Below, one piece after another: positions 8,570 through 15,240 of a stretch of DNA of 16,655 nucleotides (positions within the stretch are counted from its first letter, which is position 1; every line of letters starts with the position of its first letter). Made by a program: the position numbers and the translations under genes. Source of the DNA: a virus. Its lineage: Duplodnaviria; Heunggongvirae; Uroviricota; Caudoviricetes. The DNA is taken from IMG/VR virus record IMGVR_UViG_2619619134_000015, positions 1 to 16,655 of that record; one strand, 5' to 3'. Under the pieces are notes generated by a model. It was not told the origin of the DNA. It made no database searches and saw only the letters and a list, made by a program, of their open reading frames with translations.

Positions 8570-8812
8570 TTAACCAGCAACAAACTCTTCTGGTAATTTA
8601 TCAACCACTTGATGGCTTATTATCAGCCATTTGCCATCCTTCGTTCCGTATGCATATTTCTGGTCTTTTATCATCATGTGTTCAGCTACTGCCTTAACTG
8701 CCTGTTCGGTTACATCTTCTTTCTTTCCCACCCACATTCCTTTTTCAGTGTTTAATGTTCCTTGAAAAATACGACCACTTAATGGGCTTGCGCCCATAGT
8801 TTTGATTTTCAT
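8570..8812 (-). CDS. Hypothetical protein (80 aa; MKIKTMGASPLSGRIFQGT...), accessory cassette gene B
   Basis: Start chosen at the ATG at 8810-8812, preceded by GGAGA. The longer ORF-track start at 8875 has no RBS and would overlap gene C. Confidence 0.5.
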   Translation of the reverse strand: MKIKTMGASPLSGRIFQGTLNTEKGMWVGKKEDVTEQAVKAVAEHMMIKDQKYAYGTKDGKWLIISHQVVDKLPEEFVAG

Positions 8813-8820
8813 ATGTCTCC

Positions 8821-8848
8821 TTAAAAATAAAGGCCGATTATGCGGCCT
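8821..8848 (-). terminator. Hairpin plus T-run (leftward) between cassette genes C and B
   Basis: On the minus strand, an AGGCCG-cataat-CGGCCT hairpin (8831-8848) is followed by TTATTTTTAA, immediately before the gene B RBS. Confidence 0.45.
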
Positions 8849-8852
8849 GAAA

Positions 8853-9176
8853 TTAATTAACCAATGATGCTGCATATTCGATAAGGTAAAGCTTTGGGGC
8901 CAGCCAAATTTTTAACCAAGTCATATTGGTTACTGCACCAATAATAAAATCCCCCCACAGAGTCAAAACTCCAACCAATGGCACGATAAGAAGATTAATA
9001 TCACCTTTGCTATCCCAAACCATTGTCGGCCTGTATTTGGGATTTCCTTTCTCCCATGAATATCCTTCATCACCGATTTCACCTGTCTCAACTCTTTGGC
9101 ACTGCTTCTTCATAAACCAGAAAACCAGTGGGATTGTTAGAATGGCTATTAATGTTTTAATCAGACTGTCAACCAT
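8853..9176 (-). CDS. Small membrane protein (107 aa, two predicted TM helices), accessory cassette gene C
   Basis: Start at the ATG at 9174-9176 (the ORF-track start at 9191 is a TTG). Hydrophobic stretches LIKTLIAILTIPLVFWF and INLLIVPLVGVLTLWGDFIIGAV. RBS is weak. Confidence 0.5.
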   Translation of the reverse strand: MVDSLIKTLIAILTIPLVFWFMKKQCQRVETGEIGDEGYSWEKGNPKYRPTMVWDSKGDINLLIVPLVGVLTLWGDFIIGAVTNMTWLKIWLAPKLYLIEYAASLVN

Positions 9177-9442
9177 ATTCCATAGCAGCAACTGATGAAC
9201 AACATCAGGAATCTGTGCCTGGCTAAATGAAACAGCCGCGTCTATTCCATTGCTGGCTTTTTGCAGTAGTTCTACGAGAATCTTGTTTGCTTGTTCTTCC
9301 GTATATCACCTTAAATAGTGGATTGCGGTAGTAAAGATTGTGCCTGTCTTTTAACCACATCGGGCTCGGTGGTTCCTCCACTTTCCACAGTCAAAGGAAA
9401 TGGGTAGACTGTTGTTTCCACAGTCAAAAGAAGGGCTTTGTT

Positions 9443-9607
9443 ATGACAGATATTGTTAATCCCAAAACCAACCCACACGAAGCCGCTCAACAGATTATTG
9501 TTGAGCTTATCAGAGCCGGTAATCTTGCCCCTGGCATTGACGGAAAGCCAAGCACAGTTGTTTATGAAAAAATTCTTGATGAGATTATCAGAATAAACAG
9601 TAAGTAA
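9443..9607 (+). CDS. Hypothetical small protein (54 aa; MTDIVNPKTNPHEAAQQIIVELIRAGNLAPGIDGKPSTVVYEKILDEIIRINSK)
   Basis: First ATG of the 9338..9607 ORF, preceded by AAGAAGGG. It is the only rightward ORF in the left arm and is preceded by two 18-bp direct repeats. Confidence 0.35.
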   Translation: MTDIVNPKTNPHEAAQQIIVELIRAGNLAPGIDGKPSTVVYEKILDEIIRINSK

Positions 9608-9847
9608 TTAAGAGAACAAAATTTCGAATGCCTGGCGGATGGTTGCAACATCTTCGTTCGTCAGTTTTTTTCGTTCATCTGATGACATCGATAACAATGC
9701 ATTCCTCTCAATCAACGTAGCCAGCAGTTTAGATGCTATATTTTGAACGTCAGGGCTTAACTCTAAGAATTTATTTCGACTACGTTCGAGAATAAGTTGT
9801 GTCGCGGGTGTATCTTTTAACTCAGATATTTTTTTTGTCCAATACAT
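9608..9847 (-). CDS. Hypothetical protein (79 aa from the ATG at 9847) immediately downstream of N
   Basis: The ORF-track start at 9871 is a TTG; the first ATG is at 9845-9847 with a weak RBS. It is convergent with the 54-aa plus-strand ORF. Confidence 0.35.
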   Translation of the reverse strand: MYWTKKISELKDTPATQLILERSRNKFLELSPDVQNIASKLLATLIERNALLSMSSDERKKLTNEDVATIRQAFEILFS

Positions 9848-9904
9848 CAAGCATTTCTTTCGTTTTCTCAATTAGTAATTGTTCAATACATGAAATATCC
9901 ATAA

Positions 9905-10213
9905 TTACCTCGCCGTCAGTTGTTTTGATTTCCGATAGCCTGCCACGTAGATGGCTACGTTTGGCAGGCAAATGCTTCCATTGCATTCGTCGGTATTTTG
10001 GTTACGAATGTTGCCGAGTGATATTGCTTTTTCAGAAAGGCTTAAACGCTTTCTCGGTTCTTTCTGAACAGGTTCATCACTGTCTGTACCGAAGATCGAA
10101 TCGATGATGTTGCATATAGCATCACGCTCGATAGCCAGCTTTCTGCGCCGCTCATGACGGCGAGTTTTGGCATTTCCTGTAAATGTTGATTTCCCGTACA
10201 CGATTACCGTCAT
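9905..10213 (-). CDS. N: N-type transcription antiterminator (102 aa), P22 gp24-like
   Basis: Arginine-rich motif GNAKTRRHERRRKLAIERD near the N-terminus, matching my recollection of P22 gp24. It sits between the immunity region and the recombination genes. The nut sites have P22-type GACAA boxB loops. Confidence 0.8.
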   Translation of the reverse strand: MTVIVYGKSTFTGNAKTRRHERRRKLAIERDAICNIIDSIFGTDSDEPVQKEPRKRLSLSEKAISLGNIRNQNTDECNGSICLPNVAIYVAGYRKSKQLTAR

Positions 10214-10392
10214 GATGTTTTCCTCATGTAAAATGGCTTTGGTGGTGAGGTAGGTGGGAGACCCATTTCGACCTGTTTCGGCCTACTTCAATTCGGCAAT
10301 AGTCCCGCAGGCCTCGCCGCTTTACGTGCGACATATTCCCGTCCATGAACCCTTCACCACACCGCCAAACCCATCTCGTTTGGTATCTGTTT

Positions 10393-10426
10393 GCGCTTTG
10401 TCAGCGCCCCATCGAAGTTAAAGAGC
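10393..10426 (-). promoter_or_regulatory. nutL (boxA-like GCTCTTTAA plus boxB hairpin GCGCU-GACAA-AGCGC)
   Basis: Read on the minus strand: boxA-like GCTCTTTAA, a roughly 10-nt spacer, then a perfect 5-bp stem with a GACAA pentaloop. Confidence 0.55.
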
Positions 10427-10776
10427 CCGCCAATCTGTTCCGTTTGGCTTCCAACGTCCTGCTGATGGCGATAATAATGAACCAGTAGTTCGATATTATC
10501 AAGAACTATTGGTACGAATCGTTTATGATTTATTAACTCTACGAAATATGATTTTGATATATAAGGAAATTTATTTTTGTAAATGTTGCGGATGAAGGTT
10601 ATGCGGCAGGGATCAGAATTGCGTGGTTTAGCAAGTTGTATCTATTTATTTTTCAATAAATACAATTGGTTATGTGTTTTTAGATGGTGGATCGGGAGGC
10701 AAAGAAAACTGCTAGGTAGAAAACTGTGGGCACAAAAAAGCTAATGTGGAGTTGTTTGATCTTTTTAGGGGAATAA
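10427..10776 (-). promoter_or_regulatory. Presumed pL/OL region (promoter and operators not resolved)
   Basis: AT-rich non-coding segment between the terminator of the cI-linked module and nutL. Position only; no confident -35/-10 or operator assignment. Confidence 0.3.
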
Positions 10777-10803
10777 GAAAACCCGCCGAAGCGGGTGTTT
10801 TTG
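10777..10803. terminator. Bidirectional rho-independent terminator (AAAACCCGC-CGAA-GCGGGTGTTTTT)
   Basis: GC-rich 6-bp stem with a 4-nt loop flanked by an A-run on one side and a T-run on the other. It lies immediately after the stop of the 40-aa ORF, in the position of the lambda immunity-operon terminator. Confidence 0.7.
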
Positions 10804-10804
10804 G

Positions 10805-10927
10805 TTATGCTGCCATTGGAAGCTTTGATGCTAGCATTTCTGCTTTTCTCTGCTTCATTTCAGCAATAATCTGATTGATTCGATCCGCACTTTTAAGCAT
10901 ATCTTTGATATGTTCAGTTCTAGACAT
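10805..10927 (-). CDS. Hypothetical small protein (40 aa; MSRTEHIKDMLKSADRINQIIAEMKQRKAEMLASKLPMAA)
   Basis: Not in the ORF track because it is under 60 aa. ATG at 10925-10927 preceded by GGAGG at 6-nt spacing, 23 nt after the stop of the 120-aa gene. A TAA stop is followed directly by the terminator. Confidence 0.5.
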   Translation of the reverse strand: MSRTEHIKDMLKSADRINQIIAEMKQRKAEMLASKLPMAA

Positions 10928-10950
10928 GTTTATCCTCCGCTCTGTAAGTG

Positions 10951-11313
10951 TCAAAGACCCGATTTAGCACTCTTGAGTAGTTTTGATCCCTCAGAGCACA
11001 AATCAGGATTCTTTTCTCTTATGTTTTTGATTAAAATCTGTGCAAATATGATGATTTGCTTTAAGTTTAGTTCATTGATTGCATCAGCTTTTTGGTCAAG
11101 TTTCTCTAGCTCTGCATCTAATTCGTCAAGAGATGGGTTTGTTAACTCATGCAACCCTTCAATTCCAAGCTCTTCAAGACTGGTTGTAACAAATTCAATC
11201 AGACCGATTACAGCCTTTTTGACGCTATATATCTGCTTCTCCTCTGCGGAGGCCTCTGCACTTGGAACCAATGCTAAGGTTTTCAGATATTCATTCGTTT
11301 CATCTTGGGTCAC
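10951..11313 (-). CDS. Hypothetical acidic protein (120 aa) in the rexA/rexB position downstream of cI
   Basis: GTG start at 11311-11313 preceded by AAGGAG at 8-nt spacing. Same strand as cI and AT-rich. The overlapping plus-strand ORF 10910..11434 has antisense-like S/F-rich composition. Confidence 0.55.
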   Translation of the reverse strand: MTQDETNEYLKTLALVPSAEASAEEKQIYSVKKAVIGLIEFVTTSLEELGIEGLHELTNPSLDELDAELEKLDQKADAINELNLKQIIIFAQILIKNIREKNPDLCSEGSKLLKSAKSGL

Positions 11314-11479
11314 TAACTATACTCCTTATATATGCTCGATCAACCCATTTTGCAACCGCATTTACTGGGATAGAGCTTTTTTTACAATAGTCTTATGTGT
11401 ATATTTACAACGTTGTTTGTGGATAGGGTTATGATTTGTACCTAAAACCTGTCGCATTTTCGTCTCTATGCTATTGGTA

Positions 11480-12187
11480 TTAATAATTTCTCAGCCACTC
11501 CCTTGCCTCGATGTCATCCAGATGGCGAGATTGCTTCAGAATACCAGCCACATACTCCACCTTTGCTACTTGATGATAAGGCAACGTTATTGGTCTGTGG
11601 TCCTGGTTGATGCTTGTAAATTGGTATTCTCCATCTCTGTCATAGCCAAGAATCTTGATCATGTTGTGTCCTTCGATGGTTCTGACAAACACCTCATCAC
11701 CCGGGAATACTTTGGTGTTAGGCTCAATGAGTACATATTCTCCTGATTTTATTCTGGGCCACATGCTGTCTCCTTTCACACGAAGACCAAAGGCATCTGG
11801 ATCATCGCTATAAATCTTGAGCCACCCATCGCGTTCTTCGGTCATCTCGATGGCACCATCAACACCAAGAATTGCCTCACCAACCACGCGCACTAACCCT
11901 TTTTTTAATTTGCCAACAAATGAAAGAGTATCTTCATCATTCGCTCCATTTAACGAAGTGCCGTGCTGAAGCCAAACAACATCAACGTTTAGAAATTTCG
12001 CAAGCGCATTCATTTTTTCCTGACGCGGTAAAGACTCAGCATTAAACCATTTGCTAACGCCTTTGGACGAAAGAGAAAGGGCACGGGCTATAGCCATTCC
12101 CCTACCATGTTCATCAAGACCAGCTTCTTTACAGGCTTGCGCTAGCCGCTGGGCGAATTCTTTGCGCACTTTTTCATTCTGAACCAT
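11480..12187 (-). CDS. cI: CI-type prophage repressor (235 aa), HTH N-terminal domain plus LexA/S24-like self-cleaving C-terminal domain
   Basis: N-terminal HTH region (GMAIARALSLSSKGVSKWFNAE) and a C-terminal domain with the Ser (GDSMWP) and downstream Lys typical of the S24 peptidase fold. It is divergent from cro. It is not the lambda cI sequence. Confidence 0.85.
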   Translation of the reverse strand: MVQNEKVRKEFAQRLAQACKEAGLDEHGRGMAIARALSLSSKGVSKWFNAESLPRQEKMNALAKFLNVDVVWLQHGTSLNGANDEDTLSFVGKLKKGLVRVVGEAILGVDGAIEMTEERDGWLKIYSDDPDAFGLRVKGDSMWPRIKSGEYVLIEPNTKVFPGDEVFVRTIEGHNMIKILGYDRDGEYQFTSINQDHRPITLPYHQVAKVEYVAGILKQSRHLDDIEAREWLRNY

Positions 12188-12265
12188 GAGTACGATACTA
12201 AAGCACTTGCAAAAACTTTCAGTTCAATCATAATGCGTACTGAAAGTACGAAAAAGGATATTCCT
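12188..12265. promoter_or_regulatory. OR/pR/pRM region between cI and cro
   Basis: Candidate pR: -35 TTGCAA (12207-12212) and -10 CATAAT (12229-12234) at 16-nt spacing. A perfect palindrome CGTACtgaaaGTACG (12235-12249) and inverted 9-mers ACTTTCAGT/ACTGAAAGT are candidate operator elements. Confidence 0.45.
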
Positions 12266-12493
12266 ATGCAAAATCTTGATGAGCCGATTAAAGGTGTCGG
12301 CATACCTGAAGTTGCGAAGGCTTGTGGAGTTAGCGAAAGGGCTGTCTATAAGTGGCTCAAAAACGGCTTCCTCCCTAAGACTGAGTTTTTTGGGAAAACG
12401 AAATACGCCTCAAAAATCGAAGAGATTTCTGGTGGCAAATATCAAGCAAGCGAAATGCTTGAAATAAGTAAAAAGAACCTTCTGGCTGCATAA
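12266..12493 (+). CDS. cro: Cro-type repressor (75 aa)
   Basis: ATG at 12266 preceded by AAGGA. HTH motif AKACGVSERAVYKWLKNG. It is divergent from cI and followed by nutR. Confidence 0.7.
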   Translation: MQNLDEPIKGVGIPEVAKACGVSERAVYKWLKNGFLPKTEFFGKTKYASKIEEISGGKYQASEMLEISKKNLLAA

Positions 12494-12500
12494 GTAACAC

Positions 12501-12535
12501 CGCTCTTTATCAATCTGCACCGCCGACAACGCGGT
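12501..12535 (+). promoter_or_regulatory. nutR (boxA CGCTCTTTA plus boxB-like hairpin with GACAA loop)
   Basis: CGCTCTTTA at 12501-12509, then ACCGCCGACAACGCGGT at 12519-12535. A hairpin/T-rich stretch (cactcatcgaaagatgagtattagtgattattt) follows and is a possible tR1. Confidence 0.55.
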
Positions 12536-12599
12536 AACTAATTAAGCACTCATCGAAAGATGAGTATTAGTGATTATTTACCTATGGAAATAGTAAGAA

Positions 12600-12896
12600 A
12601 TGGAAAGAACAAGTTACAGCAAACTATCACAGCGTGACGTTGATCGCGCAGAAACAGATTTACTTATCAATCTGTCAGCTATTACCCAGCGCGGTCTGGC
12701 AAAGATGATTGGCTGTCATGAATCGAAGATAAGCAGAACGGACTGGCGGTTTATTGCTTCGGTCCTGTGTGCTTTCGGAATGGCATCAGACATCAGTCCG
12801 ATTAGCAGGGCTTTTAAGTATGCGCTTGATGAAATCATCAATAAAAAACGCCCGGCGGCAACCGAGCGTTCTGAACAAATCCAGATGGAATTCTGA
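12600..12896 (+). CDS. cII: CII transcriptional activator (98 aa), chimeric: divergent N-terminal part, lambda-identical C-terminus
   Basis: The C-terminus NKKRPAATERSEQIQMEF is identical to lambda CII. The N-terminal 80 residues are homologous in pattern but divergent. Confidence 0.8.
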   Translation: MERTSYSKLSQRDVDRAETDLLINLSAITQRGLAKMIGCHESKISRTDWRFIASVLCAFGMASDISPISRAFKYALDEIINKKRPAATERSEQIQMEF

Positions 12897-12917
12897 GATC
12901 ATTACTGGATCAATCCA
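12842..12917 (-). ncRNA. oop: OOP antisense RNA with its terminator
   Basis: On the minus strand, the 3' end reads GTTGCCGCCGGGCGTTTTTTAT, the characteristic lambda oop terminator. The body is antisense to the cII 3' end. The 5' end is estimated by lambda homology (GGATTGATCCAGTAATGA...). Confidence 0.6.
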
Positions 12918-12928
12918 CAGGAGTCATT

Positions 12929-13867
12929 ATGACAAATACAGCAAAAATACTCAACTTCTGCAGAGGTAACTTTGCCAAACAGGAGCGTAATGTGGCAGAT
13001 CTCGATGATGGTTACGCCAGACTATCAAATATGCTGATTGAGGCTTATTCAGGCGCAGATCTGACCAAGCGACAGTTTAAAGTGCTGCTTGCCATTCTGC
13101 GTAAAACCTATGGGTGGAATAAACCAATGGACAGAATCACCGATTCTCAACTTAGCGAGATTACAAAGTTACCTGTCAAACGGTGCAATGAAGCCAAGTT
13201 AGAACTCGTCAGAATGAATATTATCAAGCAGCAAGGCGGCATGTTTGGACCAAATAAAAACATCTCAGAATGGTGCATCCCTCAAAACGAGGGAGGTTCC
13301 CCTAAAATGAGGGACATCCCTCAAAACGAGGGAAAATCCCCTAAAACGAGGGATAAAACATCCCTCAAATTAGGGGATTGCTATCCCTCAAAACAGGGGG
13401 ACACAAAAGACACTATTACAAAAGAAAAAAGAAAAGATTATTCGTCCGAGAATTCTGGCGAATCCTCTGACCAGCCAGAAAACGATCTTTCTGTGGTTAA
13501 ACCGGATGCTGCAATTCAGAGCGGCAGCAAGTGGGGAACAGCAGAAGACCTGACCGCCGCAGAGTGGATGTTTGACATGGTGAAGACCATCGCACCATCA
13601 GCCAGAAAACCGAATTTTGCAGGGTGGGCTAACGATATCCGCCTGATGCGTGAACGTGACGGACGTAACCACCGCGACATGTGCGTGCTGTTCCGCTGGG
13701 CATGCCAGGACAACTTCTGGTCCGGTAACGTGCTAAGTCCGGCCAAACTCCGCGACAAGTGGACCCAGCTCGAAATCAACCGTAACAAGCAACAGGCTGG
13801 CGTGACAGCTGGAAAACCAAAACTCGACCTGACAAACACTGACTGGATTTACGGGGTGGATTTATGA
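12929..13867 (+). CDS. O: Replication initiator O (312 aa)
   Basis: MTNTAKILNF...TDWIYGVDL matches lambda O as remembered, except for a 13-aa insertion (GGSPKMRDIPQNE) that corresponds to two extra ori iterons. Confidence 0.95.
   Translation: MTNTAKILNFCRGNFAKQERNVADLDDGYARLSNMLIEAYSGADLTKRQFKVLLAILRKTYGWNKPMDRITDSQLSEITKLPVKRCNEAKLELVRMNIIKQQGGMFGPNKNISEWCIPQNEGGSPKMRDIPQNEGKSPKTRDKTSLKLGDCYPSKQGDTKDTITKEKRKDYSSENSGESSDQPENDLSVVKPDAAIQSGSKWGTAEDLTAAEWMFDMVKTIAPSARKPNFAGWANDIRLMRERDGRNHRDMCVLFRWACQDNFWSGNVLSPAKLRDKWTQLEINRNKQQAGVTAGKPKLDLTNTDWIYGVDL
13278..13401. repeat. ori-lambda-type iteron array within O: six roughly 18-bp iterons (TCCCTCAAAACGAGGGA-like) at about 20-bp periodicity
   Basis: Iterons at approximately 13278, 13298, 13317, 13337, 13361 and 13384, followed by an A-rich region (acaaaagacactattacaaaagaaaaaagaaaag). 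Confidence 0.85.
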
Positions 13868-14565
13868 AAAACATCGCCGCACAGATGGTTAACTTTGACC
13901 GTGAGCAGATGCGTCGGATCGCCAACAACATGCCGGAACAGTACGACGAAAAGCCGCAGGTACAACAGGTAGCGCAGATCATCAACGGTGTGTTCAGCCA
14001 GTTACTGGCAACTTTCCCGGCGAGTCTGGCTAACCGGGACCAGAACGAACTGAATGAAATCCGCCGCCAGTGGGTTCTGGCTTTCCGGGAAAACGGGATC
14101 ACCTCGATGGAACAGGTTAACGCAGGAATGCGCGTAGCCCGTCGGCAGAATCGACCATTTCTTCCATCACCCGGGCAGTTTGTTGCATGGTGCCGGGAAG
14201 AAGCATCCGTTATCGCCGGACTGCCAAACGTCAGCGAGCTGGTTGATATGGTTTACGAGTATTGCCGGAAGCGAGGCCTGTATCCGGATGCAGAGTCTTA
14301 TCCGTGGAAATCGAACGCGCACTACTGGCTGGTTACCAACCTGTACCAGAACATGCGGGCCAATGCGCTGACTGACGCGGAATTACGACGCAAGGCTGCC
14401 GATGAACTGACCTGTATGACAGCGCGAATTAACCGTGGTGAGACGATACCTGAACCAGTAAAACAACTTCCTGTCATGGGCGGCAGACCTCTAAATCGTG
14501 TTCAGGCGCTGGCGAAGATCGCAGAAATTAAAGCTAAGTTCGGACTGAAAGGAGCAAGTGTATGA
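13864..14565 (+). CDS. P: Replication protein P (DnaB helicase loader), 233 aa
   Basis: MKNIAAQMVNFDREQMRRIANNMPEQYDEKPQVQQVAQIINGVFSQLLATFPAS... matches lambda P as remembered. Its start overlaps the O stop (ATGA). Confidence 0.95.
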   Translation: MKNIAAQMVNFDREQMRRIANNMPEQYDEKPQVQQVAQIINGVFSQLLATFPASLANRDQNELNEIRRQWVLAFRENGITSMEQVNAGMRVARRQNRPFLPSPGQFVAWCREEASVIAGLPNVSELVDMVYEYCRKRGLYPDAESYPWKSNAHYWLVTNLYQNMRANALTDAELRRKAADELTCMTARINRGETIPEPVKQLPVMGGRPLNRVQALAKIAEIKAKFGLKGASV

Positions 14566-14852
14566 CGGGCAAAGAGGCAATTATTCATTACCTGGGGACG
14601 CATAATAGCTTCTGTGCGCCGGACGTTGCCGCGCTAACAGGCGCAACAGTAACCAGCATAAATCAGGCTGCGGCTAAAATGGCGCGGGCAGGAATCCTGG
14701 TCATTGATGGTAAGGTCTGGCGAACGGTGTATTACCGGTTTGCTACCAGGGAAGAACGGGAAGGAAAGGTGAGCACGAACCTGATTTTTAAGGAGTGTCG
14801 CCAGAGTGCAGCGATGAAACGGGTATTGGCGGTATATGGAGTTAAAAGATGA
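14562..14852 (+). CDS. ren: Ren (96 aa)
   Basis: MTGKEAIIHYLGTHNSFCAPDVAALTGATVTSINQAAAKMARAGILVIDGKVWRT... matches lambda Ren as remembered. Confidence 0.9.
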   Translation: MTGKEAIIHYLGTHNSFCAPDVAALTGATVTSINQAAAKMARAGILVIDGKVWRTVYYRFATREEREGKVSTNLIFKECRQSAAMKRVLAVYGVKR

Positions 14853-14876
14853 CCATCTACATCACTGAGCTAATAA

Positions 14877-14907
14877 CAGGCCTGCTGGTAATCGCAGGCC
14901 TTTTTAT
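14877..14907 (+). terminator. Rho-independent terminator (tR2-like)
   Basis: AGGCCTGC-tggtaatc-GCAGGCCT hairpin followed by TTTTTATTT, just downstream of ren. Confidence 0.6.
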
Positions 14908-14922
14908 TTGGGGGAGAGGGAA

Positions 14923-15240
14923 GTGAACGATAGCTACCGACAGTTTGAAAACTGGTGGTCAAAAGACAAAAGCCAGTTCACGGGAGACGATGAATTAAAA
15001 GAGTTTGCCTGGGTGATATGGCAGGCATCGCGCTCTGCTATTGAACTGGATATCGACTGGCCCGAATCGAATGACGACTTTTGGAAAGATGGTGAAGAAG
15101 GTGCTTATGCGATGGGTTATGAGGATGGGAGAGACAAAACGGTAATTGCAGTAATGAAAGCTATCAGATCCGCTGGAATTAAAGAGAAGAATTTCGATGA
15201 AGCAAATATACATGCTTCGCAACGAAGCAATCAGAAATAA
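14923..15240 (+). CDS. Hypothetical acidic protein (about 105 aa)
   Basis: GTG start at 14923 preceded by GGGAGAGGG; the ORF-track start at 14908 is a TTG inside the terminator T-run. Its 3' end overlaps the ninB start by about 44 nt in another frame. Confidence 0.45.
   Translation: MNDSYRQFENWWSKDKSQFTGDDELKEFAWVIWQASRSAIELDIDWPESNDDFWKDGEEGAYAMGYEDGRDKTVIAVMKAIRSAGIKEKNFDEANIHASQRSNQK

Noticed and set aside
8853-9191. ORF-track start positions at TTG/GTG codons (for example 9191, 9871, 2043, 14908)
   Set aside because: The track takes the longest ORF with alternative starts. Starts were re-chosen at the first ATG or GTG with a plausible Shine-Dalgarno sequence.
10582-10755. 57-aa plus-strand ORF inside the presumed pL/OL region
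   Set aside because: Weak RBS, and it lies within the AT-rich regulatory region where spurious ORFs are common. It cannot be excluded as a small hydrophobic peptide, but support is insufficient.
10910-11434. 174-aa plus-strand ORF overlapping the 120-aa rex-position gene
   Set aside because: S/F/C-rich low-complexity composition typical of the antisense frame of an E/K/L-rich gene, with no RBS. The minus-strand gene has AAGGAG and is co-oriented with cI.
12276-12969. Alternative-frame ORFs 12276..12467 and 12754..12969
   Set aside because: They overlap cro and cII/O respectively in other frames. The cro, cII and O frames are supported by recognisable protein sequence.
13278-13401. Regularly spaced short repeats considered as a possible CRISPR array
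   Set aside because: The repeats are 17-18 bp at 20-bp periodicity with essentially no spacers and lie inside the O coding sequence. They are ori-lambda-type iterons.
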